A stretch of 64,000 nt of DNA from Callorhinchus milii (lineage: Eukaryota): contig NW_024704743.1 of the NCBI RefSeq assembly GCF_018977255.1, positions 82,710,001 through 82,774,000 of the forward strand, written 5' to 3'. A program made the position numbers and the translations under genes. The notes under the pieces are model-generated. The model worked only from the letters and a program-made list of their open reading frames with translations. It searched no databases and was not told the DNA's origin. Shown here piece after piece: positions 11,036 to 25,160 of this stretch (positions are counted from its first letter, which is position 1; each line of letters opens with the position of its first letter).

Positions 11036-11873
11036 CCCGGGCCCAGCCCAGCCAGCCAGCCCAGCCCCGCCCTCCCAGCCAGCCCGGCCAGCCCGGCCTG
11101 CCAGCCAAGCCCCGCCCAGCCAGCCAGCCAGCCCAGCCCAGCCGGGCAGCCCAGCCCGGCCAGCCCAACCGGGCTAGCCCAGCCCGGCCCGGCCAGCCCA
11201 GCCCGGCCAGCCCAGCCCAGCCCGGCCCAGCCTAGCTAGCCCAGCCAGCCCGGCCAGCCCAGCCCGCCCCGGCCAGCCCAGCCCAGCCCGGCCCGCCCAG
11301 CCTAGCTAGCCCAGCCAGCCAGCCCGGCCAGCCCAGCCCGGCCAGCCCGGCCTAGCTAGCCCAGCCAGCCCGGCCAGCCCAGCCCGCCCCGGCCCGGCCC
11401 AGCCCGGCCAGCCCGGCCCAGCCCGCCCCGGCCCGGCCCAGCCCGGCCAGCCCAGCCCAGCCCGGCCCAGCCTAGCCAGCCCGGCCCGGCCCAGCCCGGC
11501 CCGCCCAGCCAGGCCCGGCCAGCCAGGCCAGCCCGGCCCAGCCCAGCCCAGCTAGCCCAGCCCGCCCGGCCAGCCCAGCCCAGCCCAGCCCGGCCAGCCC
11601 AGCCCAGCCCGGCCCAGCCCGGCCCGCCCGGCCCAGCCCAGCCCGGCCAGCCCAGCCGGCCCAGCCCGGCCAGCCCGGCCCAGCCTGGCCCGGCCAGCCC
11701 AGCCCGGCCAGCCCAGCCCGGCCAGCCCAGCCCGGCCAGCCCAGCCCGGCCAGCCCAGCCCGGCCCAGCCCGGCCCGCCCGGCCCAGCCCCGCCAGGCCT
11801 GGCCAGCCAGCCAGTCCGGCCCAGCCCAGCCCGGCCCAGCCAGCCAGCCAGCCCGGCCAGCCCGGCCCAGCCC
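11036..11873. repeat. GC-rich satellite of CCCAG, CCCGG and CCAG units, strongly strand-asymmetric
   Basis: About 840 bp nearly lacking T on the + strand; the minus strand is (GGGCT/GGGCC/GGCT)n. Confidence 0.97.
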
Positions 11874-11949
11874 TGGGGATTTCCCATCAAGCCTTCCCTC
11901 CATCACCAACCACTGGGGTTGAGGGAATCCCCAGTGACATCACAATGAA

Positions 11950-12620
11950 GGGTCCGGCGCCCACTCGCTGCTGCGCAGAATCGAGCGTGCTACGTGACGC
12001 CTAGGCACGTGATGCAGCGCACGCGCTCCCGTCTCGCTGAGTGACGCTGGCAGTCACGCCCCCGTGCCCCGCCTCCTCTACGGCAGGCCACTTGTGACTA
12101 AGTACATGCCGGGCGGGCGCTCTACGTACTTGCGTGGAGGTAAGTGTAAATAACCAAACGTGTGACTTTTGATCATCCTCAGGCACTCGGGGGCCCAGCG
12201 GGGACTCAGCGGCATAAGCGTTACTGCTGTCGGAGCGGCGGTTGGGGGCATACGATGGGGAGGCTGGGGAGGTCGCTCACAGGAGGCTTTTTGGGCCTCT
12301 GCGATGCCGTCGTTTGGCCGCTCAGTGACTTGTCCCGGCGCAAGGGCCCGCCTCCTCTGTGAGCGGATTGGCTAGGATCGGGGGGGGTGGGCTTCACGCG
12401 ATGCCCGGCGATCCGATTGGCCGCGCTGCCGTGCCAATCTCGGGGGAGCGTCACAATGCCTTTCCTCCAATGGGCTCGAACCAGGAAATGCGAGTCGGTG
12501 TCGATGTGTCTCAATGAATGAGCCGCTCAGCCCCTGTGCTGCAGCCTCAGCCTCACTGCCCTGGTCAGCAGGTGGTGGGGGAGGGGGTGAGAGACCCGGG
12601 ACTGGCCCAACCAGGTTCCC
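11950..12620. promoter_or_regulatory. CpG island, probable ZNF407 promoter
   Basis: The main CpG-dense unique stretch in an AT-rich window. E-box CACGTG 12006-12011, TGACG half-sites (~11995, ~12042), GC box ~12067, CCAAT/ATTGG at 12367, 12416, 12434, 12467. Confidence 0.8.
12080..12139 (+). other. ZNF407: Probable non-coding first exon of ZNF407 (5' end approximate)
   Basis: Consensus donor GAG|GTAAGT at 12140 inside the CpG island. The ATG-bearing exon at 49755 starts with an acceptor, so an upstream exon is required. Confidence 0.55.
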
Positions 12621-12839
12621 AGTGCCGTTACATTCAGGTGTTGCAGACAAATATGAGAGAGAAAAAAAACAGATTCATCAGAAGTACCTCACCTCGGAAT
12701 CACTTCACCTGTGCTTTTCGTGTGTTCTGTTAACAGCCATTTTTTTCCCCACATTTTCTAATTGTGGAAAAAATATGTACACTTGTTTTCGGATGTTCTC
12801 TACTCCTGAGCCTAATTTTACGATTTAGCGTTTAGTGTG

Positions 12840-13075
12840 CCCTCGGTGGTTCGATGAGTAAAAGTACTGCTCTGCTCTGCGTGCGGCGTTAAATTAGATA
12901 GATGAGAGGTCCGTGGGCTCGCTTAATGGTGTGGGCTGAGGTAGTTGATTGCAGCCGTGGCAGGTACTGGAACCGCACCATTGCGTGTAGTTCCACTGGA
13001 CGAGGATAGCGAGGGAGAATCACTCAGAGCTCACGTTGCTTATCGCAGTGACCTTGCTGAAAGAATGCGTGTACT
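12840..13075 (+). mobile_element. Old SINE-like repeat (LF-SINE-like); related copies at ~22920-22990 and ~45380-45560
   Basis: Shared diverged blocks such as tgtg(g)gctga...t(a)gyt, gaaaatca(g/c), cagtgacc..gctg. Family assignment from recall only. Confidence 0.35.
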
Positions 13076-13792
13076 TTAGGTGAGAGCAGAATTCAGCTCG
13101 ACTACCTGTATGATTGAATACTCCACTGAAACTCACGATATTAGTGGTCAAATTAATACCCACTTGGATAAGGTGACCAGTGCAACACCATATCCCCATC
13201 AAACGTTGAGTACTTTTAGGAAAGCGGAAAAAGCATTCGGGGAAAAAAGAGTATCTATTGTAGACTTTCTGTCCTTGAATAAATCATTTCACATGGATAT
13301 ATTGAGGTTCAAACAAATTAAACTTGTTTTACATGCACATTTAAGTGTCCTTGAAACTCGAAGGTTGTGGGTTCAAGCTCCATGTTGGGAGTTGAAGTAG
13401 GTGTACTGTTGCTTAAGTGCCAACATAGTGCATCACTGCTCGGAAGTGAATGGCAGTCTTTGCTGATACTCCAGTGCAGTACTGGAAGAATGTTGCTTTG
13501 TCGGAGATGGTATCCTTTGGATGGGACTAAACCGAGATCCTGTTTGCCAGTTTAGGTGCATATTAAAGTTCCTATGACATTATTTAAAAAGAGAAACCAG
13601 GTCCTACATAGAGGTCCTATACAGAAACGTGATGGAATATGTGGCATTATACAGTTGTTTTCTACAATAGGATACAAATCTTTCCCTTATGTACATTTTT
13701 TGAAAGCCGTTTGTGTCTTTTTCTCTGAAGACTTTCCTCTTTGATCATTGCCTGTGGTAATCACCCCTTTCTACCCAGCTCGGCATCAACGT

Positions 13793-14106
13793 GGAGTCCT
13801 GTAGCTTAGTTGTGAGAGCGCTCGCCTTGCAAGCGAGACACCTGGGTTCAATTCCAGGCAGGGCGAAACATTGGGCAAGTTTCCTTACTCCACACGCCTA
13901 ATAATAATAATCCCTACAAAACAATGATAAATTGGTCATTTTCAATCCACGACTGTTTGTGGGACACTGCTGTGCGCAAATGGCTGCCGCGTTTCGCTCA
14001 CAAATATACGGTCAATTCACTTTAAAGTCTATTCTGTTAAGCGCTTTGAGACGTTGAGAAGACGTGAAAAGCGCTATATCAAATGCAAGGAATATTATTA
14101 TTATTA
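13793..14106 (+). mobile_element. tRNA(Ala-like) SINE, short form, full length
   Basis: Colinear with 1637-1937. Confidence 0.9.
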
Positions 14107-16111
14107 CCCCATATGAAGAGCACTATGTAATTGCAAGTTGTCATTGTAAAATAGTTGCTTTTTTAAACCAGTTGGGTAGAAGGTCCTCATAATAATCTTC
14201 TTATTTTTCTTATCTTATTATGCAGTAATAGCTGCAAGCAATTGGTTACAAGCAATAGTTTCTCTCCAGATCTATGATTTCTCAGTTCTACATATCACAT
14301 TTATAATCATGATTTACACCAGTAATAAAATGTTCTTTTGTAATAAGCTCATGAGTGAAATCTGAAAATCAAGTATTTTTGGAGAACCTCGGTAAAGTGC
14401 CCTGTTCACAATTCAGTATTCTAACAAGGTTGAAAAGATTAATGGAGAAAATTACTTGTCAAACAGTGGTTGGGTGGCACCGTGTTTCGGATTTAAAAGT
14501 CTTAAGTGAAGAGACTGAGGAAGGCAGTGAGTTCCACAGTCTGGAAGACATGAGTGGGGTCTATGGGGGGGGTTGGGGGTGGGGGAGTTGGTAACAATAG
14601 AGTATTGATGATGGAAAGAAGTACTACATATCTGGAGCTAGAGCTTGGGAGGAACATGTGGTAAATGCCAACAAACAATAACAGAGTTTTCCCATGGAGA
14701 GGTTCACGAGCAGCCTCTCTGGAAATGGGAGCAGTCTTTAAATATCTTTGGAATTATTTTTTTAAAAATTTGTTCAGGCCGTTCTGCCAAAGGACAATTA
14801 TGTTCACTGCTGCCAAGCTCCTAGGCTTCAGTCAGTGCTCGTGTTTGGTTGGACTAGGAGGAACTTGGTAGCAGTGATTCTTTGATTCTTCCCTGGGGAG
14901 AGAGTGTTTAAAGTAGAAATATCTGGGAATATGGCCTGTGTGTGGCCTATGTATTCTGAAAGTAGTGCGTAGCAACCCTGATCATCGATTACTGTATAGT
15001 GCTCTCAAGCAGTAAGGAAAACTGTGGAGCCAAATATAATCATTCTTATTGTTTGCTTATCCGTGGTAGCATTCTTGCTCCTGGGTCTGAAGGTTGTGGG
15101 TTCAAACTTGATGTTAATTCATAATCTACACTGACACTTCATGTTGTACTGAAGGAGTGTTGTGTTGTTGGAGATGTCAACCATTAAATGAGACTAATCC
15201 AAAGTCTTGTGACAGAATTTCATAATGTAAAATAAATCAAAACATAAAATCAAAACCACAAGGTGGTTCAGGTGTGTGTTAAAAATTTCATATACTATTT
15301 CATGTGAGTTCTCTTCGCACCCTGTCCAATATTCTGCTTATCCAAATACACCAAGAACCAGTTTAATTTTGTTATTCATCTCATTACTGTTTGTGGAACA
15401 TTGCTGGAACACACCAGCTGCCATGTTTGCTTATTTAACAACAGCTGCTGCATTTTAAAATAAGTCTCAGTGTGTGAAACACTTTTGAGATGTTTCAGTG
15501 TGATCAGGCACTGCTCTGAATGCAAGTTTGCTTCTTTTATTTGAGGGCAGACCTGTGAGCATGCCGTCTTTAGTTTTGGTAAAATGCTTCTCCTGGAAAA
15601 ATACTTGCTCTCCTTTGGAGATGTGGCAAAATCATTGTGGAAAGTGTTTATTTGGAAAGGAAGGTTTGACTAACTCTAGGCCGTTAACATGTGGGAGGTC
15701 ATTATAAAAGTCACCTTTTACAAAAGGGCGCATAAGAATTGAGCAAATCTGTTTCTTTCGGCTTAATTGATTGAAGAAGTATTTCACATTAGATTTAATA
15801 ATTTAAAAACAAAGTTGTTATTCAGTTCTCAGTGTGAATACTGATGAATCATAACTTAAGTTGGTTTAATAAATATTTTAAGCTATGTGGAAACAATATG
15901 CATGTGATTGTTTTGTAAATGTACTTTAGTGTACGTGTTTGTTATTGTTTTTTGAGTATACTGTATCTTACTGCAGTAATAACATTACTAACATTCTTAA
16001 AAGCCTGAAAGAAAATAAACACTTAATTCTATTAATCTGACTGTTTCCCAGGAATTGACCATGACATGGTCCCAGGAATAATTGTGAATATACAGTATAT
16101 TGAATATACAG

Positions 16112-16372
16112 TCTCTGTTTACCTAGCAGTAAGTAGGAACCTGGTTGTTAGTCGATTGGCGGATCGCTTTTCCAGGGGTAATAATTTCTTTAAAAAAAAT
16201 TGGTCACTTCAATCCACGACTGTTTGTGGGACACTGCTGTGCGCAATTGGCTGCCACGTTTCGTCCACAAAATATATACAGTCAATTCACTTTACAGTAT
16301 ATTCAGTGAAGCGCTTTGAGACGTCTTGAAGACATGATTAGGCGCTATATCAAATGCAAGGATTCTTCTTAT
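16112..16372 (+). mobile_element. tRNA SINE, long form, 5'-truncated
   Basis: Starts at ctctgtttacctagcagtaagtagg and has the shared tail. Confidence 0.8.
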
Positions 16373-19300
16373 TTATTCTGGGAATTAAATAATGGATTCT
16401 TAGCATTCACCTATACCGCTTTAGTCTTACAAATGTCTTTGCTCTCCTAGCAAAGGCCATGCAAAATAGGTTTCCTTTCACTTTACGTAACACAGTATGA
16501 AAATGCTTCATGAACTGTGAAGGAACATTTATTTAATAGTATTCAATTAAAGAATGTGAGTGCCTTGGTCAATTCACTTTACAGTATATTCTGTGAAGCG
16601 CTTTGAGATGTCTCGAAGACGTAAAAAGGCTCCATATCAAATAACAAGGATTATTATTATTACATTGTCTGAATTTTAGTTTATTATTACTTTGTAGCTG
16701 AGATTAGTTGTCCAGCGCCTTTGGACGTCCTCCCGACATGAAAGGCGCTTCACAAATGTAATCTTGTTGCTGTTGTTGTTCAGACTTCCAGGCTGTTGTG
16801 TAAATTGTTCAGTAGAGGGTAAAAGTGCAGTAAGCCAAAGTGATATGTTTATCCATGACCATATAAGAAACATTACTGCACTAACTATTCAGCAATTTGT
16901 TTTAGATTTATCCACTGTTTGAGTGGATAAGATTAAGAACTTGCTGTCTATGACTGAAGATGTGGGGCAGAGTCTTATCAATGAGTCATCAGAACATTAC
17001 TACAGAATTACAATATTCCCTTCTGCATTATACTGAATCAGTGATATGTAAATGACCTCCTGAGGCACTATACAAATATCATTTGTTGTTGTTGTTACTA
17101 CTTAGAGCAAACAACTTTTGGAGTGGGAACCCTGTTTTATATTTTCTGCGCTGTATTTAATTGAGGCTAAGAATGCCTTGTTTCATTGGTTCAATGTTTA
17201 ATACGTAATAAGATTAAAAAAATAATTTTTGAAAGTTACTTGGTGATATTGGACAGCATGACACAGCCAATAATTTAAACTGTCTGATAATTATGAGGCT
17301 GGTGAACTTCACCCTTGTCGCATTTATACTGTAGTGGGGGAGACTTACACTGCTCCTGAGTTTGTGATACCTGAACTTCAGTTTATACTTCATGTTTTGT
17401 GGCAAATATCACCGAAATTGAAGCAGAAGTTTATACAGAGAGCTCGTCCTGTATGGAATTCTCTCCATTTGATCCAAAGTGAAAATGTTATTTGGAGCCA
17501 ATAATTAGAGATTATTACACATTAAATGTTGTGTAAGCCATTCAAATCACAAAGCTGCTTGCGTTGTGATCATTTGGGAAGAGAAAAATAATTTGTAGTC
17601 ATTATTTTGAATTTTGACCAGTGTCTATTTTCCAACAATTTTAGCTTCTTTTCACTAGAGGGTGCTGTGTCCCTGCAGTTGGCCTTATGCAGCTGGTTAA
17701 GGAATGTATGATTTGGAAAGTGAAAGATGTATTCCCTGTTCATGTGTTATTTGACTGAATTTTCTACATATGCGAACAGCTGTATTGTTTAACTTGAAAT
17801 TATGCTGATTCCTTCCTACCGTTAAGCTACACAATCTGGCATTTGTAATTTTGCAGATAACAGCAAGGATGTTATGGCACCTTTTTGACAGAACATACCA
17901 CTTTAAATATATAGAACACTCTGTTTGAGTGTTTTTTTAAAAAAATCAAAAGTTTCTTGACATGAATATCTGTTGAAGTCTTTTTTTATGAAGTGCATGG
18001 GAATAAATACAGGATAATGGATAGCTGGCAGCAAGTTATGAGGCTGTAATTTAATCGAGCAGTTTATAAAGACCAGCAGAATCCCAAGACTTAATTATAA
18101 CCTTAAATGTTCTGCCTCCTGCTGAATAGTTTTTAAATTATAAACTTGTCTCTTGTGGCATGTGATGAAGTTGAAAGACTAACAAAGCTGGTTATGCTCG
18201 ACTTGGAAGATACATAGCAAATGTGATGGTTGCTATAGTATGTACTATTCTTTTTCTTATAGTAGTTTAATAGCAAATACATTATACAGTACATTTTATA
18301 AATTCTTCAAATTTGTGTTCATCTTTTCAGAGTATGCATAGTCGCATAGAACATTAAAGGTCTCCTCTTTTTACATTAGAAAATGTATTTCTTCAACCAT
18401 TGCCTATTTTGCATGATGAGTAGTCCACTCAGACTTTGGGTTTCTCTCTTAAAGCTCTTCAACTAAACTAAAGGAAAGTAAATAGTATTGCCCAAGTTGC
18501 TTTGTGTTAGTGTTCTGCGTGCGTTCATTATTGCTGCAAAGGAAACACCATTTACAAAGATATTATTATTATTGTTATTTACAAAGAATATCTCGCTCAG
18601 AAAGAGGCCACTCTGGCCAACCAGTCTGTGCTGGTGTTTTATACTTCACACACTTTCCTTACACCCTCCCATATCCTTCTATTCCTCTCTCCCTTACGTG
18701 AAGGGCTCGCCTCCTCTCGACTACATTATTCATAATGACTTCATAAAAGGACATGATTTGAGAGTGCCCAAATTGACCCCCCCCCACACACACACACAAA
18801 AATTGTAACAATCTTTTTAATGAATGAGCAATCTCATTTTTTCTTAATTCATACTGTAAGTCTCAGTGGAGAGTATGGAATCTCCATTGTGTGACTTACA
18901 TTATTGCTGAGGATTAAAATTAAGAGCAGGAAACATGTAAATAGAGATATTTCAAATTGTGGTGCCAACAGATGATACAAATTTGTTTTGTCTGTGATAC
19001 ATATAGGTTGGAGCTAACCAGGAAATTGACAGAAATCCATCAATAAATTATCACCAGAGTAAATGCACAAGCAAATCATTGGCTGCTAACATTATATTAG
19101 TACCTGGTAGCTTCAAAATAAATGGTATGGCCAGAAAAATTGGCGCTGGACTTCCTTGACTCTTACACATAGCTTGGGGAATACATGTTCCACAAACTAG
19201 GTGTGGGTGTGAAAAGAATACATATTTAAATATGTTCCAAAGTTAATGTCTCAAAACTAAAACTTCAGAGTTGTATGATCTGATGAAATGATTCAGGATA

Positions 19301-19444
19301 TGGTTCTATAATGCTGTAAAATTGGAATTATTGTAAAGATGGTAAATAAGATGACATGACTCAATCTTCCCCTCTCTGTCACTACCTAAAGGCTTTGGTG
19401 TTCCCTAAAGACATCATGAATTATATCCTGTTTCTCTCCATCTC

Positions 19445-19905
19445 CTAACTCTCCGCAACCCTATCACCCCCATCCTTGCCCGGCTTCACTGGCTTCCCAT
19501 CATTCAGAGGATGCAGTTCCTGGTCCTCACCTTCAAAGCCCTCCATGGGTTTGCTCCCCCCTACCTCTGGGACCTCCTAACCCCCTACCAACCTGTCCGC
19601 TCCCTCCGCTCAGTGGGCTCCGGCCTGTTTCACGTTTTCCGCCTTGCCTGCCCCATCATTGGCCCCACCCTCTGGAACTCTATCCCACAGCCCCTCTGCC
19701 TCACCCCCTCCCTTGCCTCCTGCAAGACCCATCTCAAGACCTTCCTCTTTGACCTTGCCTGCGGTCACCCGCCTATCCCTACCTTCCCTGCCCTCCACCC
19801 CTTCTGATCCCAACCACCACTTCGGGTGCGGATCCCTGACCGTCCAGTGCCTTGGGACATCCTTCTGATGTGAAAGGCGCTAAACAAATGTAATTTATTG
19901 TTGTA
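19445..19905 (+). mobile_element. L2 LINE 3' fragment
   Basis: LHWLP, FKALHG, KTHLKTFLF motifs and L2 tail. Confidence 0.88.
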
Positions 19906-20637
19906 CTCTTCAGCTTTGCTCTCCTGCAGTATGGACTGTGGCCCTTCACCTAGGTCTTCAGTGAAAAGCAAAATGGAGGATTAGGGGAGTAGCTCGCCAT
20001 CCTACTCTGAAGTGCTCCGACATTATCCTATGTGCATGGCACTATGTAAATATACATTCTCTCTCTCTCTGTGCCTCTGGGTTTCTCGTACAATTTCTTT
20101 AAAACCCTGTACTGTATCAGATATATGAATGACCAGACTTTTGTGTACTGTGTTAAGATTCCCATCAATGGTTACCATTATGTGCAGGTACAATTATTTA
20201 TCTCCCCCCACATTTTAGCACAGGTTTCATGCGAGTCCGGATAATTGAACGTGCGGTTAGCTGGTGTGTGGATTTGTGGCACTCTAACTGTAATGTCCTG
20301 CAATCTAGTTAATATTGCATTCTTTGATTTTAAAAAAAAAGCAAGTTGAATGACTGGGACTTGTGCCTTTTCAGTTGGAATCTGCACCAAATCGAAGTTC
20401 TATATAAAGATTGTGACAAAACTTGAAATGCTTCAATACTTCTTTGTGCTACTGGAGGGAGCTTTAATGTTTATGTAATTCATGAATCCCTCTGGTGTCA
20501 GAAACCTAGCATTGCACACTTAATAAATCACTTAACAAAATGTTGAGAAATATGTTATTTATTTCTTCAACGTCTTAATATTTAAAAAGACTTACGTAAG
20601 CAATGGCACTTCATCAACTAGTTTGAGATATTATTTA

Positions 20638-21060
20638 TTAATAATAATCCTTGCATTTGATTTAGCGTGTTTCACATCAGGAGGATGCCTCAAAGGATTT
20701 ACTGTAAAGTGTTATGACTGCATGTTTTGCAAGCAAATACAGCAACCAATTTGCGCACAATAATGTCTCACAACTGGCCATGAAGTGAATGACCAATTTT
20801 GTCTGGAGGATTGTTGGCCTAGGCATCAGGAGAAACTATTTTTGAATAGTGCCATGGGATTTTTAACATCCACCTGAACAGACAGACAGGACTTTTGTTT
20901 TATAGTCTCATCTGAACCATGGCACCTCTGACAATGAGGCACTTCTACTGCGCTGCTTTTGAGTATAAGCTTAGACTATGAGCTCAAATGTGAGGTGAAG
21001 TGTGAACCCCCAACCTTTCTAACTCAGAGGTGAGAGTGCTTCCATCTGAGCCAGGCTGAT
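20638..21060 (-). mobile_element. Deu-domain SINE, near full length
   Basis: Reverse tail ataatccttgcatttgat, core aatagtgccatgggat...catccacctgaacagacag...ggcacctctgacaat, head gaacccc...tgagccaggctga. Confidence 0.75.
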
Positions 21061-24000
21061 ATCTTTCTGCAATGTTACCTTTCGCTTTATGTCATTCCTT
21101 ATCTGAAAAAAAGGCCGGAAAGTAAAACTTTAGATGCAAAACAGACATTGCAAGCCTTTGCGATCGGGATCTTTTCCCCATGTTGTTTGTAAATTTATTT
21201 TGAATTCAATTTCACAGCAAATCCCACTGTAAGCACAGTGAGTTCTCGTTTGCGAATATCACACTTTCAACACTGTTATTCTATATTACCTTAAGAAGTA
21301 TAGATTCAAAGTTTTGTAAAAATGAGACTTGGAAGTTTTTGAGGGATCATGTGCTCCTCAAACGTATCATTTGTTGCATTTTTAGGCAACGAAAAGTAAT
21401 GCTGGCAAATATTAGATTACTTGAAAGGGAAAGTGCCTTAAATTGAATTTCCTCATGTTTAAAAATGGTGCAAAACTCACAATATCCTAGGAAATTTTTT
21501 TTTGTTCCACACAATTTACACCCACAAAGTACACACAGTTACACCACTCACAGTGTATCCTGTGAAGTGGTACAACTGTGTATTTTGAGGGTGTAAAGTA
21601 TCCTGTGAAATACTTTGAAATGTTTTGTTTACATGATAAGGCAGTATATCGAACGCAATGGTTATTTTTATTAATAATTACAAGTAATGTAAAGTGAATG
21701 TTTTGGAGTTAAACATGGCATAATTTGCAACAACAGTGGCCTGGACACAGCTTTAAAATTTTTTGGGTGAATTGGATAAGGAGAGAATATAAACCAAGAT
21801 ACCTGTGAAGTAAACAGAAAATACCACTTTTCTTTGAATTCCATTCTCACCAGACTCGATGTGGCTTCAGATATTCTCGTCCCATTTTTACAGTGTTGTA
21901 AATTAGGTGAAAGCAACAGCAGTTGTGCCTACATCTGCAGCAAGGATGGCTGTTTTTTAAATGTTTTTCCAAATCAGTGGCATGCCCACATCCATTTGAA
22001 ATAACAAGGCAAATTTGACCTAAATTAATGACAATTGGAAAAAGGAATGATGATCTGGACATCAATTATAAACTTTTATTAAACTAAAATGTTGACAGTA
22101 GCCAGTGGCCCTGTGAAGTACAGCAACTGGAAATAACTGTGAAATGCTGTTAAATGTACAGACATCAGCCTTTACAATAGTTAGGATTCTGAAGTGGAAT
22201 ATACACCTTCTTTAGTGGTCTAAACGGTTACTTTATGGGTTACATTTTAATAGGATACTTTTTCTTCAGATGGAATGGTCTGAATTTGACAAGAAAAGTA
22301 AAAAGCTGTTTGTTTGACATCAAGAAATGTGATTCCGCTTGGAAGTGTGTTTGTCAAGGTTCATTTATCGGAAGCTGCAAAAAGTTTTTTTTTCTCAAGA
22401 CTTTCTTCTCAACCTCTGGAGTCCCAGTTGATGCTATCTGGTTTCACAGCTGTTCCTCCCATTTTAATATTTTTAAAGTGATATTACGGCAAGCACTCCA
22501 GTTGTACCATATCTCCAGATTGTTTCTAGAAAACCAGTGGCCCTCCTACTTTATGTCAACAAGGTACTATACTCTGAGGTAATGGTAAATAGGACTGGAG
22601 ATTTTATAGTAAGCCTTTAAGCCTCTCTCACTGAGATTGCCTTGCAGCTTCCAGTAGCAAGCAGGACATTTGCACTGGTCTGATCTTATACAGTAAACTT
22701 AGGTTTTGAATTGTAAGGATTTACGGGTGATCCACATAATAAATCTGTTTGACCTCCTTTTTTTACATTTCTATGCAGGCAGCTCGCTACATAACCACTG
22801 TAATTACAAGAGATGTGTATATTTCAGTTCCACTGGTGACTGATTGCAGTGATGTATGAATTTAGATGGCATAAAGGACCTTTTTGTTTAGTTTCTCTGA
22901 AAGCTCGGGACTTACATTAACTGCTTGGTGTGGAACTGAGCCACAAAGACGAGAAAGATCCCCAGTTCAGTCTGCAGAATGCTGCTGACCGTTAATTATT
23001 GATTCTGATGGAAAATGTTGATCATTGGGAATATCAGCAAGCTTGCAAAACGAAAAGGCTACTTGGCCCATCTAGCTTGTTGTTCCACAGACCATCCACA
23101 GTCACCCTTTAACCTCCTTAATAAAATGTACTTCCTGATCTCACAATATAATCAACTGTGTAATAATGTATGGGGTTTAAGTGACGTGATCACTGTATCT
23201 CTGTTAACATTAATTCACCTAGTTCACTCGGCCACACTCAATGACACCTTCAAATCAGTTCAACCTCTGTCACCAATGAACATTGCTCAAGTTTACAAAA
23301 TAGATTTGATCAATAAAGATGGTAAAAATAAAAAGGTTATGTGTGGAAATTACAATATTTCAAGAGAAGCTGCTGAAAGTACTCCTGGTTGGGGCTGGTA
23401 CATTGGCAACACAAATTGATTAATTCCTTCCACTCCTCACGTTTACTGAATTATTGTGCTGTGGTGCAGCTGTGCTTGGCAGGCAACTCACCATTATCAA
23501 ATCTGGACCATTGATTCTGTCACTAATAATATTGGTTAAAGTCAAAAGCAGGCCAATGTGCAAAGGATTGCACTTTTGAACTTAAAAAGAAGCTCTTTTG
23601 AATATTGCTCCACCTCCACCAGTTAGATCCATCCTTCAGTAATAATCTCATTGTTTTGTGAAACATTAAACTGAGATCACATCTGCTTTATTTTGGGTCG
23701 AATTGGATGCTAATGATCTCACGGCATGCACATCTCCCAAGTCTCAAGCCACTATCCCTCAACCCCAAATTTGTCAACAAGCTAACCAATTGCTCACTGG
23801 TGCAGATTAGCTGCCATGTTGTTTACAATCTAACAGTTACTCACTTCAGAGTAATTAATTATGTGAAGCACTTGGGACATTTCAAAGTGGTAAGGCACCG
23901 TTTCAAAAATCAAGTGTTTATTTGTACTCTGTAGTATTTGTTCTCTTCCTCTCTATCGGCGAGTAACAGGATTCCAGTCTTTCAATAATAAATGTTAAAA

Positions 24001-24404
24001 TGACTGTGTAGCAGCCGCTAATTAACATACCGTTCTCCGGGTCATTTTAGAGGTATGAGTAATCTTTGTGTATGCATAAAATTCAGTAATTTGAAACCCC
24101 TTTGCAATCTGCATAATATGTAATTTGTAGCATGGGTGCCTGTACAGATTTGTTTGGTCAGCATTTTAATTGCCGATTTAGTTGAGTGGTAATTCTGGTT
24201 TATGATTTGAAATTTTATACAAATTCACAACCTTTAACTTGGCATGTAAATATTTACAGTGATAGTTTTATGCTGAACCACTAATTTAGCAACAATTTTG
24301 TTTTGCTTTTGTTTGTTGTTTCTAAAACAATGTTACCAAGGCTGAACAGTTTCAGTTGTGACAAGAGACTTCAGAAGATATTACTTATTCACTACATTTG
24401 AAAA

Positions 24405-25160
24405 GGTTTAGGGATGACCTGATTGAGGTCTTCGAGATTATAAAGGTTTTGATAGGGTAAATTGTAATAGGGTATTTATACTGGTATATTAGCCAGTAAG
24501 TAGAAGACACTCATTTAAGGTAATGCAAAAAGAATTGAAAAGAAGATTGGAAAAACATTACAGCGAGGAGGTGGAATTTTTTTCTCTGCCACTGTTGTTG
24601 AGGCAGAGTTCATTATTTTTTAAAGAGTAAATTAGATGCTTAAAACACACCAACATCAACTTTATGGGCCAAATACCTGTGATCAGTTTCTGTGCTATAA
24701 AATTCTATGATTCAGTAATTTAGCATTTTACAAATGCCTCGAGATTACCACTTGCCATCCAGTGGTGATGCTGATGATTTTCATAGAATCCTATGGCACA
24801 GAAGGAGACCATTCGGTCCATCATGTCTGTGCCAGTTCTTTGAAAGAGCTGTCCAATTAGTCCTACTCCCCTGCTCTTTTCTTGGAGCCTTTTCTTTTCA
24901 AGTAAATGTCCAATTCCCTCTTGAAAGTTATTATTGAGTCTGCTTCCACCATCTTTACAGGCAATGCATTCCAGATAGTAACAACTTGCTGCGTTAAAAA
25001 AAATTCTCACTGGTTACCAGTGGGAACAATTTCTCCTTATTAACTCTATCAAAACCCCTCATAATTCTGAACATCTTGATTAAATCTCCCCTTAACCTTC
25101 TCTGCTGTAAGGACAACAATCCCAGCTTCTCTAGTCTCTCCACATAATTGAAGTCCTTCC
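24405..25160. mobile_element. Two CR1-type LINE 3' fragments, tail to tail (+ ~24405-24715; - ~24782-25160)
   Basis: agggatgacctgattgaggtcttc..gattataaagg (RGDLIEVF-like motif) on +; catagaatc...cacagaaggagaccattcgg and aaatctccccttaaccttctctg on -. Confidence 0.7.

Noticed and set aside
10848..11909. Pro/Gly/Ala-rich ORFs on both strands
   Set aside because: They arise from a stop-poor GC satellite and have no splice or homology support.
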